Assembly: GCA_027619225.1 (NCBI GenBank)
Contig: JAQCFW010000003.1
Span: 22,834-86,833 of the forward strand
Length of the DNA: 64,000 bases
Direction of reading: 5' to 3'
From: Bacteroidota bacterium
Lineage (GTDB): Bacteria > Bacteroidota > Bacteroidia > Flavobacteriales_D > Sanyastnellaceae
Made by a program: the position numbers and the translations under genes. Each line of letters opens with the position of its first letter. Within the stretch, counting starts at the first letter, position 1. The notes beneath the pieces are model-generated. The model was not told the origin of the DNA. It worked only from the letters and a program-made list of their open reading frames with translations, and ran no database searches. This document shows positions 20,518 to 29,523 of this stretch, in pieces.

Positions 20518-21755
20518 TTAAGAGAATATTCTTTTATTTTCCTGTATAAAGTCCGCTCTGAAATCCCCAACTCTTCCGCCGCATCCTTACGCCTGTTATT
20601 GTACTTTTCTAAGGCCATTTTTATCAGCTCTTTCTCTGAATCAATCAAGGACAAGCTTGGCTCAATATCCTGTAAATCATCGGTTTTACCAGAATTCTTC
20701 GGCTGATTGCCCCCAGAAAATACGATTGGAAAATTACTTGCGCCCTGCTGAGAGCTACTGTGCTCATCAAACATTCTTTTTACAAGAATTTCATCATCTC
20801 CACTTAGTGAACCTCCGTTTTTGATTAGACCAAACACGAGATCCTTTAAATTATTCAAGTCACCCTTCATCTCAAAAAGGACTTTATAGAGCATTTCTCT
20901 CTCGTTCCTTCCCGAATCACTCTCCTCAAAGCCGTCAGTGCCAGCAGTAACGCGGACTGGCAACCTGGACCTATTCGTCTCAGGTAAATAACCAAGCAAG
21001 GTGTCAGAGTTAATTCGCCTCTCTGTTTCTAAAACTGACATTTGCTCAGTAATGTGCTTTAGTTGTCTAATATTTCCAGGCCAAGGATAATGTTCAATGA
21101 TTTCTATCGCATCAGAAGACAGAGATAGGGGAGGCATTCTGTGCAACTCACTAAAATCAGTTGTAAATTTTCTAAAAAGAAGATGAATATCGGTTGACCT
21201 ATCTCTAAGAGGAGGCATATGAATTGGGACTTGATTCAAACGATAGTATAAATCCTCTCTGAATTTCCCCCTTTGAAATGCTTCATCAAAATTTACATTC
21301 GTTGCAGCAACAACCCTCACATCTGTCATTTCTGTAGTTGAAGATCCCACCTTCATAAACTCTCCCGTTTCGAGGATACGCAAGAGTCTGACCTGTGTGG
21401 TGAGTGGCAACTCGGCTACTTCATCTAAAAATATAGTACCGCCATTCGCTTCTTCAAAATAACCTCTACGAGATTCTGTAGCACCTGTAAAAGCTCCCTT
21501 TACATGACCAAACAGCTCTGAATCTATCGTCCCTTCGGGAATAGCTCCGCAATTAACGGCAACATATTTCCCGTGCTTACGCTTACTGAATTGATGAACG
21601 ATCCGAGGCATGATTTCCTTTCCTGTTCCACTCTCTCCAAGAATAAGAACCGACAAATCAGTTGGAGCAACTTGAGCAGCAATGTGCAATGCTCTGTCGA
21701 GCGCCTCATTCATTCCTATAACACCAAACCTTTGTTTTATCGACCCTACATTCAT
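20514..21755 (-). CDS. Sigma-54-dependent transcriptional activator (bacterial enhancer-binding protein) lacking an N-terminal sensory domain
   Basis: The AAA+ domain starts about 15 aa from the N-terminus: Walker A GESGTGKE, GAFTGA loop (HVKGAFTGATE), Walker B IFLDEV. The C-terminal Fis-type HTH is AAEELGISERTLYRKIKEY. Confidence 0.9.
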   Translation of the reverse strand: MNVGSIKQRFGVIGMNEALDRALHIAAQVAPTDLSVLILGESGTGKEIMPRIVHQFSKRKHGKYVAVNCGAIPEGTIDSELFGHVKGAFTGATESRRGYFEEANGGTIFLDEVAELPLTTQVRLLRILETGEFMKVGSSTTEMTDVRVVAATNVNFDEAFQRGKFREDLYYRLNQVPIHMPPLRDRSTDIHLLFRKFTTDFSELHRMPPLSLSSDAIEIIEHYPWPGNIRQLKHITEQMSVLETERRINSDTLLGYLPETNRSRLPVRVTAGTDGFEESDSGRNEREMLYKVLFEMKGDLNNLKDLVFGLIKNGGSLSGDDEILVKRMFDEHSSSQQGASNFPIVFSGGNQPKNSGKTDDLQDIEPSLSLIDSEKELIKMALEKYNNRRKDAAEELGISERTLYRKIKEYSLK

Positions 21756-21769
21756 TTCACAAATAATAA

Positions 21770-23215
21770 TTAAGCATCTTCCTTGTCAGTCGTAACCTCT
21801 CCTCTAAGAGTTGCGCTTGTACAATCTAAAGCTCTAACATTAACGTAATCACATAAATTCAAATCTCCTTTATCAAATACAATAACAATATTGTGAGTCG
21901 TCCTGCCATAAAGTTTTTCTGTACTTTTCTTGCTCACTCCTTCAACTAACACTCTGTATACTTTACCAACCATGGCTTCAATAAGTACGGATGCATAAGC
22001 TCTTTGGTGTTTTATAATTTCGGTTAATCGAGCGCTTTTCACCTCCTCTGGAACATCATCCTCAAACTTTCTTTCCGCAAGTGTTTTCGGCCGCTCACTG
22101 TATTTGAAATTATAAGCTATAACAAAGCCCACTTCTTTTAAAATCGACATTGTTTGCTGATGTTCCTGCTCTGTCTCTCCACAAAAACCAGTAATAATAT
22201 CTGTTGACAAAGCGCAATCAGGAAGTATTCTTTTAATTGCTGCAATTCTATCTAAATACCACTCTCTTGTATAACCTCTATTCATCCTTTTGAGCATAGA
22301 ACTTGCTCCAGATTGAATTGGAAGGTGAATGTATTTACAAAGGTTTTCGTGTCTTGAAATGACATGGAGAACATCGTCAATCATATCCTTAGGGTGACTC
22401 GTTGAGAATCTGACCCTTAAATCCGGGTTCACTTTCGCTACCATTTCTAACAATTCAGCAAACCGAACAATTGGCTGCTCTGGATCTTTAATGATTCCTT
22501 TAATATCGAGGTTCCACTTGTAAGAATCTACGTTTTGGCCTAAAAGAGTGACTTCACGGTAACCTTGATTAAACAGATCATGAGCTTCAGCCACAATACT
22601 CTGAGGCTCCCTACTGCGCTCTCGTCCACGCGTGAATGGCACTACGCAAAACGAACACATGTTATCGCAACCTCTCATAATACTAATAAAAGCAGTCACT
22701 CCGGATTTATCTAACCTTACAGGACTAACATCAGCATAGGTTTCTTCTCTGGAAAGAAGGACATTCACAGCCTTTTGACCTCCATTTACCTGCTTCACAA
22801 GTGACGGAAGATCCCTGTAAGCATCTGGCCCAACAACCAAATCAACAAGCTTTTCCTGTTCTAACAAACTCTCCTTTAATCGCTCGGCCATGCAGCCCAG
22901 CATCCCCACCACAAGCCGCCTGTTTTTAAGCTTGTACCTCTTGAATTCCTTAAGCCTATTGCGAACCCTTTCCTCTGCCTTTTCACGGATAGAACAAGTA
23001 TTGACTAAAATTAAATCAGCCTCTGTTTCATCACTCGTGGTTACATAACCGACGTCACTCATGATTGAAGCAATAATCTCCGAATCACTAAAATTCATCG
23101 CACAACCATAACTCTCTAAGAACATCTTCAGTCCAGGAGATGTGCCAGGAGATTTTTCAATGTGAATTGCCTCACCTTGTCTTGACTCGTCAATATGTAT
23201 ATCACCTTCTCTCAT
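21770..23215 (-). CDS. miaB: tRNA (N6-isopentenyl-A37) methylthiotransferase
   Basis: N-terminal UPF0004 Cys pattern (YGCAMN...NTCSIR...GCMAE), radical-SAM motif GCDNMCSFCVVP and a C-terminal TRAM domain. Confidence 0.93.
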   Translation of the reverse strand: MREGDIHIDESRQGEAIHIEKSPGTSPGLKMFLESYGCAMNFSDSEIIASIMSDVGYVTTSDETEADLILVNTCSIREKAEERVRNRLKEFKRYKLKNRRLVVGMLGCMAERLKESLLEQEKLVDLVVGPDAYRDLPSLVKQVNGGQKAVNVLLSREETYADVSPVRLDKSGVTAFISIMRGCDNMCSFCVVPFTRGRERSREPQSIVAEAHDLFNQGYREVTLLGQNVDSYKWNLDIKGIIKDPEQPIVRFAELLEMVAKVNPDLRVRFSTSHPKDMIDDVLHVISRHENLCKYIHLPIQSGASSMLKRMNRGYTREWYLDRIAAIKRILPDCALSTDIITGFCGETEQEHQQTMSILKEVGFVIAYNFKYSERPKTLAERKFEDDVPEEVKSARLTEIIKHQRAYASVLIEAMVGKVYRVLVEGVSKKSTEKLYGRTTHNIVIVFDKGDLNLCDYVNVRALDCTSATLRGEVTTDKEDA

Positions 23216-23365
23216 TATCCGATTTTGTGCAAATGTAACTTGTTATGAAGGGCGTGACAAATTGTCACCCCTAAAGGGGTATCTTCTTTTGGTGAAAAAG
23301 TTATTGCAAATAATGAGTGAACTAAACAAAAGTTTTATATTATTTGTATTCCAAAATCATATCTT

Positions 23366-25687
23366 ATGCCCAAAAACCTTGTCATAGTTGAGTCACCTGC
23401 AAAGGCAAAAACAATAGAGGGCTACCTCGGAAAAGACTTTGTTGTAAAATCCAGTTTTGGTCACATACGGGACCTAGCAAAGGGAGATGCCGCTATCGAT
23501 AAAGAAAACAACTTCACCCCTAAGTATGAAGTGAGTGACGATAAAAAGAAGGTCATCACAGAGCTTAAAAAAGCGATGAAGGGGACTGAAGTGGTTTGGC
23601 TAGCGACTGATGAAGATCGTGAAGGAGAAGCAATTTCATGGCACTTGGTAGAGGCTTTAAAACTGAAACCTGAGAATACAAAACGTATTGTTTTTCATGA
23701 AATAACTAAATCCGCAATTTTAAAAGCCATTGAGAACCCTCGAACAGTTGACGAAGATTTAGTTAACGCTCAACAAGCGAGGAGAATACTTGATAGAATT
23801 GTGGGGTTTGACCTAAGTCCTGTTTTATGGAAAAAAGTTAAGCCCGGCCTTAGCGCTGGACGAGTACAGAGTGTAGGAGTTAAAATCATCGTCGAAAGAG
23901 AGCGTGAGATTGATGCTCATATACCCTCTTATAAATTTAGAATCGTAGGAGAGTTCAAAACGAAAGCAGGTAAAAACCTGAAGGCTGAATGTAAAACTCG
24001 TTATAAAACAGAAGATGAGGCAGAGGCATTTATAAAAGACTGTGCTCTAAGCACACACTCAATTAAATCCTTAGAAACTAAGCCCGCAAAGAAGAAGCCA
24101 ACAGCCCCATTTACAACATCAACACTGCAGCAAGAGGCATTCAGAAAACTGGGGTTTTCTGTTTCTCGCACAATGGGAGTGGCACAAAAATTATATGAAG
24201 CTGGTCGCATTACGTATATGCGAACTGACTCCGTCAATTTAAGCGAGCAAGCTCTTGATTTTGCCGCAGAAGCCATTAAATCTGCTTATGGTGATGAGTT
24301 TTGTGAAAGAAGAACTTTTGCAAACAAAACCAAAGGAGCTCAAGAAGCTCACGAGGCCATCAGACCCACAGACTTCTCAGTTAGCAATCACACAGGGAAA
24401 GCTGAAGAAGAAAAACTGTATGCGCTAATTTGGAAAAGAGCTATTGCATCCCAAATGTCCGATGCCAGACTTGAAAAAACTACTGTTACAATAGATGTTA
24501 GCGAGAACTCAGATGTTTTCGTGGCTCGTGGGGAAGTAATCACTTTCGAAGGGTTTCTCAAGGTTTATTTGGAAGGTACTGATGACGAAAATGATGAAGA
24601 TGCAAAAGGGCTTCTTCCCGCCATGTCAAATGGCGAGTCAATGTCAAGAATCAACATCATTGCTACTCAGAAGTTTTCCAATCACCCAGCGAGATACACT
24701 GAGGCTAGCTTGGTGAAAAGACTTGAGGAACTCGGTATTGGAAGACCTTCAACATACGCTTCAACAATTAGCGTGATCCAACGCCGTGGTTATGTTGAGA
24801 TGCCTGACCGAGAAGGAACTTCCAGAGACTATCGCGTTCTTAAACTTGATGGCACAGAGATCTCTTCTACTACAGAAACAGAAAACACTGGAGCAGAAAG
24901 AAACAAGCTTGCTCCAACTGACATCGGTATTGTAGTAAATGACTTCCTTATCAAGCATTTCAGTTCTATAGTAGACTATAATTTTACCGCCGATGTGGAA
25001 GCGCAATTTGATGTAATTGCTGAAGGTCGCAAGGATTGGCAGCAAATGATAGGAGATTTCTACAAGCCATTTAAAACATTAGTAGATGACGCATTAGATA
25101 GCGAAAGAGAAGCTGGAGAACGTATTCTTGGAACGGACCCTGTTACAGGAAAACAAGTCTTAGTTAGAATCGGACGTTTTGGGCCGATGGCGCAACTTGG
25201 ATTGGCTGAAGATGATGATAAGAAGTTTTCATCTCTTCGCCCTACCCAAACTCTCAGATCCATTACACTCGACGAAGCCCTAATGCTGTTCAAACTCCCT
25301 CGCAAACTTGGTGAGTATGAAGGTAAGGTTGTCTCAACTTCAATTGGAAGATTTGGGCCATATGTAGTTCACAATAGCAAATTCATTTCGATTAAAAAAG
25401 ACACCGATGACGATCCATATTCCATTGAATTAACAAGGGCGATAGAACTTATAGAAGAAAAAAAGGCCGCTGACGCAGCAGCTTTGTTAAAAGTTTTTAA
25501 AGAAGATGAGACCGTTAGAATTATTAATGGCCGTTGGGGTCCGTTCATAAAAGCCGGAAAGAAAAACGTAAAAATACCCAAAGATGAGGATTACAAAGGC
25601 ATTGATTGGATTCGTGCTCAGGAACTTATAGTCGAACACGACAAACGTCCCCAAAAGAAAAAGAAAGCTCAAAAAGGGAAGAAGTAA
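23366..25687 (+). CDS. topA: DNA topoisomerase I
   Basis: 773 aa. TOPRIM start MPKNLVIVESPAKAKTIEGYLG, active-site region ITYMRTDS, and a Lys-rich C-terminal tail without zinc-finger Cys motifs. Confidence 0.96.
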   Translation: MPKNLVIVESPAKAKTIEGYLGKDFVVKSSFGHIRDLAKGDAAIDKENNFTPKYEVSDDKKKVITELKKAMKGTEVVWLATDEDREGEAISWHLVEALKLKPENTKRIVFHEITKSAILKAIENPRTVDEDLVNAQQARRILDRIVGFDLSPVLWKKVKPGLSAGRVQSVGVKIIVEREREIDAHIPSYKFRIVGEFKTKAGKNLKAECKTRYKTEDEAEAFIKDCALSTHSIKSLETKPAKKKPTAPFTTSTLQQEAFRKLGFSVSRTMGVAQKLYEAGRITYMRTDSVNLSEQALDFAAEAIKSAYGDEFCERRTFANKTKGAQEAHEAIRPTDFSVSNHTGKAEEEKLYALIWKRAIASQMSDARLEKTTVTIDVSENSDVFVARGEVITFEGFLKVYLEGTDDENDEDAKGLLPAMSNGESMSRINIIATQKFSNHPARYTEASLVKRLEELGIGRPSTYASTISVIQRRGYVEMPDREGTSRDYRVLKLDGTEISSTTETENTGAERNKLAPTDIGIVVNDFLIKHFSSIVDYNFTADVEAQFDVIAEGRKDWQQMIGDFYKPFKTLVDDALDSEREAGERILGTDPVTGKQVLVRIGRFGPMAQLGLAEDDDKKFSSLRPTQTLRSITLDEALMLFKLPRKLGEYEGKVVSTSIGRFGPYVVHNSKFISIKKDTDDDPYSIELTRAIELIEEKKAADAAALLKVFKEDETVRIINGRWGPFIKAGKKNVKIPKDEDYKGIDWIRAQELIVEHDKRPQKKKKAQKGKK

Positions 25688-25794
25688 CAATTCAGTGTGA
25701 ATTGATAGTACGATAGTGTAGTTTTTGCGTTCCCATGTATGCTTAAACTTGTGACAAATTGTACAAATTTATTTTTTTACACTGATTTTCAAGA

Positions 25795-26967
25795 ATGAGC
25801 GAAAGAATATTTGATCTATTACAGCCGGTTGACCAACCCGTGTTTAGCAATGCCGAGGGGTCAGCCAGAATAGCTGATAGAATCGAAATACATCGCTTTG
25901 ATCACCAGCCATCTATTGAAGGTTGTAGGGTCGCAATTTTCGGAGTGAATGACGGAAGAAATAGCGGTGACAATGAAGGATGTGCCGCTGCTCCAGATTC
26001 TATAAGGGATTGGTTCTACAAACTTACTCCACCTACTCGTTGGGCTCCCACTGTAGATTTAGGTGATATTAGAGCTGGGTTAGATAGTGTGGACACAGAA
26101 AGGGCTGTAAGTGATCTTGTTTCCGAGTTAATCCAAATGGGTGTGATCCCTATTGTATTGGGTGGCGGACAAGACTTAACATACGCAATTTATTCAGCCC
26201 TAGAGTCTGTTGGAAGACCCATGAATGTTGTCACGATAGATTCTAGATTAGATTTTGGAGGAGACCCTGAGTTACATACGTCTAGAAACTTCATGAATCG
26301 AATTGTTTTACATGAACCTAACTTTTTATTTGACTATGTAAATATTGGTCATCAAGGTTATTTGACTGACCCTGACACTTTAGAATTGCTTGAAAGGCTT
26401 CAGTTTGAAGCAATCAGACTTGGTACAGCACACAACAACCCTAAACTTATTGAGCCCACTTTAAGAGATGCCGATTTAGTATCCTTCGATCTATCCTCAA
26501 TTAGAGCTTCTGACCATCCGGCTTCCACACATGCTGGACCCAATGGATTTTCATCTTCTCAATTTTGCCAATTGGCCAGATACGCTGGACTTAGTGATAA
26601 AATGATGGCACTTGGTCTGTTCGAGCACAACCCAGATCTAGATGACAGAGGAAGAGGATCTCATCTCGCAGCACAAGTTTTATGGCATATGATTGATGGC
26701 ATCTTTAGCCAAACAGGTGATTACCCTAAATGTGATGTCGAAGAATACACTAAATATTTAGTTGATTTACAAGGGAAAGACCATGAAGTAACGTTCTACA
26801 AATCATCCAGAAGTGATAGATGGTGGATGGATGTACCTATTCCCACGTCTAAGAAAAATAACAAAGATCACCACCACCTTGTTCCATGCTCGTATGAGGA
26901 TTATGAAGAGGCTTCTGAAGGTGAATTACCCGATAGATGGTGGAGAACCTATCAAAAGCTAGCGTGA
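25795..26967 (+). CDS. Arginase/formiminoglutamase-fold protein with degenerate metal-binding motifs
   Basis: Fold landmarks are PIVLGGGQDLTYA, VVTIDSRLDFGGD, LVSFDLSSIRASDHP and LFEHNPDLDDRG. The usual His/Asp Mn ligands are replaced (see findings). There is an extra Trp/His-rich C-terminal ~90 aa. Confidence 0.7.
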   Translation: MSERIFDLLQPVDQPVFSNAEGSARIADRIEIHRFDHQPSIEGCRVAIFGVNDGRNSGDNEGCAAAPDSIRDWFYKLTPPTRWAPTVDLGDIRAGLDSVDTERAVSDLVSELIQMGVIPIVLGGGQDLTYAIYSALESVGRPMNVVTIDSRLDFGGDPELHTSRNFMNRIVLHEPNFLFDYVNIGHQGYLTDPDTLELLERLQFEAIRLGTAHNNPKLIEPTLRDADLVSFDLSSIRASDHPASTHAGPNGFSSSQFCQLARYAGLSDKMMALGLFEHNPDLDDRGRGSHLAAQVLWHMIDGIFSQTGDYPKCDVEEYTKYLVDLQGKDHEVTFYKSSRSDRWWMDVPIPTSKKNNKDHHHLVPCSYEDYEEASEGELPDRWWRTYQKLA

Positions 26968-27047
26968 TGATATCAGGAAAATTACGTATCTTTCCACACT
27001 CGGTGAACGCCGAAACCTGTGAAAATTTTGAAAACCAACGAGTTAAC

Positions 27048-28007
27048 ATGATTCGTACCTACTTATCTGCACTTCTTTTAGTCGTGTTTGCATCATCTAT
27101 GAGTGCACAGCAAGACCCACAGTTCACCCAATGGTATATGGACCATGTAATGTCTAACATTGCAGCGGCTGGACAATCTGACCTAACAAACATCAATGGT
27201 TTTTATAGAAATCAATGGAGTGGACTAGATCGGTCACCCGTAACATCACTTTTGAATATTGATGGTGAACTTGGATTTATTCCCGGCGCCTTTGGTATTC
27301 AATTTTATCAAGATGAACTTGGACTTGAAAGTAATACGATGATGAAACTTGGATATGCATACACCTTATCGCCATTTTCAAATGGCACAACCATGAGTTT
27401 AGGTATGTCTGTAAGCTATTTCAGTAAATCATTTGGAACTGATTGGATAGCCATTGATGATTGGACACAAGATAACGCTATACCTCAGGATGACAACACA
27501 TCCTCTGCTGTTGATGTAGATTTCGGAATCTATATTTCTAAGCCTAAGACTTTTTACGCCGGTCTATCTATGACTCACCTAGCAGAAACCGAGTTTTCTG
27601 AAATGAGTATTAAACCTGTAAGACATTTATATGCAATGGGTGGTTATAACTACCCCCTCGATGGAGATGCACTCGTACTTAGAACAAACATTCTTGCTAA
27701 AACTGACCTAAACGCTTCGGCAATTGACATGAACGTAAATGTTTTATACAATGAAATGATTTGGGCGGGCGTTTCCTGGAGACCTGGAGATGCAATTGCG
27801 CCAATCGTTGGACTCCAATATTCAATGATAAATAAGGATGCAACCAATTATAAAGAGCAACTCTTTAGACTTGGTTATTCATTTGACATGACTACATCAG
27901 AATTACAGTCGTTTTCATCTGGATCTCATGAAATATTCCTCTCTTACAGCTTTAAATTTGAGTCGACACCCATCTTAAACAGGTACGCAAATCCGAGGGT
28001 TCTATAA
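27048..28007 (+). CDS. porP: Type IX secretion system membrane protein, PorP/SprF family
   Basis: Signal peptide, then the hallmark SAQQDPQFTQWYMD motif and a beta-barrel-like alternating sequence. The start is set at the ATG at 27048 (MIRTYLSALLL) rather than the ORF-track 26937, which would overlap the upstream gene. Confidence 0.85.
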   Translation: MIRTYLSALLLVVFASSMSAQQDPQFTQWYMDHVMSNIAAAGQSDLTNINGFYRNQWSGLDRSPVTSLLNIDGELGFIPGAFGIQFYQDELGLESNTMMKLGYAYTLSPFSNGTTMSLGMSVSYFSKSFGTDWIAIDDWTQDNAIPQDDNTSSAVDVDFGIYISKPKTFYAGLSMTHLAETEFSEMSIKPVRHLYAMGGYNYPLDGDALVLRTNILAKTDLNASAIDMNVNVLYNEMIWAGVSWRPGDAIAPIVGLQYSMINKDATNYKEQLFRLGYSFDMTTSELQSFSSGSHEIFLSYSFKFESTPILNRYANPRVL

Positions 28008-28070
28008 TAAAAGTAACCTTATATCCGTATTATACGTATCTAATTATTACAAACTACTAGAATATACTAA

Positions 28071-29438
28071 ATGAATAAGTTTCTTCTGTTACTCATGATT
28101 CCAGCTCTGCTTGCTGGATGCTATATGGGACCTCAAGGCGAACTCGTTGGTGTTAACCCTCGAGAATACTGGGATCAAGCTAACCCATATGGTATGAATT
28201 ATATCCACTTCGGATCCTTCACAATGGGACCCAGTGATCAAGATGTGCCATACGCTCTTAACTCTCGTGCAAAAACTGTTACTATCCCATCATTTTACAT
28301 AGATGTTCATGAAATATCAAATAATGAATATCGTCAATTTGTTAACTATGTAAGAGATTCACTATTCTTAAACACTTTAGCTGAGAATGATGATGAACGC
28401 TATTTCTACTCGGAAAACGCTGCTGGTATTGAGCTCGATAGATTTATTGACAAAGGCTATGTCTTAAATTGGGAAGAACCTATTGATTGGACAGATGAAG
28501 ATATTTTCGAGCTGCTTTACGATGAGTATTATCTTCAAGGTTCTGATAGATTCTACAACAGAAATGAACTTGATACGCGTAAACTCAACTACAGATACTA
28601 CTGGTTTAACATTGCAAAAGCAGCGAATAAAGATGCAAGAGATGAGGAGTATGGAGAGGTTAATGAATTAAACCAACTGCATTCTATACAACGGTATTCT
28701 GACAGATCCCAATTTGTAATTGAGGAAACTATCAATGTTTACCCTGACACTTTAGTTTGGGTTCATGATTACACATATTCATATAATGAACCTTTGGCAG
28801 AAAACTACTTTTGGCATCCAGCATATGATGATTACCCTGTGGTAGGAGTAACTTGGGGTCAAGCTGTAGCTTTCAACGCTTGGAGAACTCAAATTATGAA
28901 TGAGTGGAGGCAGAACGAGGGTCTAACGTATATTCAAAAATTCCGCCTACCTTCTGAAGCCGAATGGGAATATGCGGCTCGTGGAGGCAGGGATCTAGCT
29001 CCTTACCCATGGGGTGGTCCATACATTCGAAATGAACAGGGATGTGTCCTTGCAAATTTTAAGCCTATGCGAGGTGATTACGTTGAAGATGCAAATGCAT
29101 ATACTGCACCCGTTGAATCTTACAGTCCAAACGATTACGGTCTGTACCAAATGTCTGGGAACGTTGCTGAGTGGACAAATACTGCCTTTGATGAAACGGT
29201 ATATGATTTCGCCTTTGATTTAGCTCCTGATTATATTTACCATGCAAAGATCGACGACTCTGCAGCACTACATAGAAAAGTAACACGTGGTGGCTCTTGG
29301 AAAGACATTGGATACTATTGCCAAACTGGAACCCGATCGTTTGAATACAGTGATACCGCTAAAGCATTTATTGGATTCCGATCTGTAATGTCATACTTAG
29401 GTCGCGGTAAATCTGGACCTCAAGAAGAGTGGAATTAA
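28071..29438 (+). CDS. gldK: Gliding motility / T9SS lipoprotein GldK (PorK)
   Basis: Lipobox LLAGC. The FGE-sulfatase-like domain shows EISNNEYRQF, VVGVTWGQAVAFNAW, LPSEAEWEYAARGG, NVAEWT and RGGSW. Confidence 0.93.
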   Translation: MNKFLLLLMIPALLAGCYMGPQGELVGVNPREYWDQANPYGMNYIHFGSFTMGPSDQDVPYALNSRAKTVTIPSFYIDVHEISNNEYRQFVNYVRDSLFLNTLAENDDERYFYSENAAGIELDRFIDKGYVLNWEEPIDWTDEDIFELLYDEYYLQGSDRFYNRNELDTRKLNYRYYWFNIAKAANKDARDEEYGEVNELNQLHSIQRYSDRSQFVIEETINVYPDTLVWVHDYTYSYNEPLAENYFWHPAYDDYPVVGVTWGQAVAFNAWRTQIMNEWRQNEGLTYIQKFRLPSEAEWEYAARGGRDLAPYPWGGPYIRNEQGCVLANFKPMRGDYVEDANAYTAPVESYSPNDYGLYQMSGNVAEWTNTAFDETVYDFAFDLAPDYIYHAKIDDSAALHRKVTRGGSWKDIGYYCQTGTRSFEYSDTAKAFIGFRSVMSYLGRGKSGPQEEWN

Positions 29439-29523
29439 TCTACTCGAATAAAAAAAAATACCTAAAACCAGAGTTTAATGATTAATTATCATAGACTAGT
29501 ATTAAACTAACAACACAAAGAAA

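Noticed and set aside
25686-25705. Hairpin CAATTCA-GTG-TGAATTG right after the topA stop, considered as a terminator.
   Set aside because: It is a 7-bp AT-rich stem with a 3-nt loop and no following T-run. That is too weak to annotate.
26937-27047. N-terminal extension of the PorP ORF in the track (MVENLSKASVMISG...).
   Set aside because: It would overlap the upstream gene by 31 nt and precede the obvious signal peptide. The ATG at 27048 gives a canonical signal peptide followed by the QQDPQF motif.
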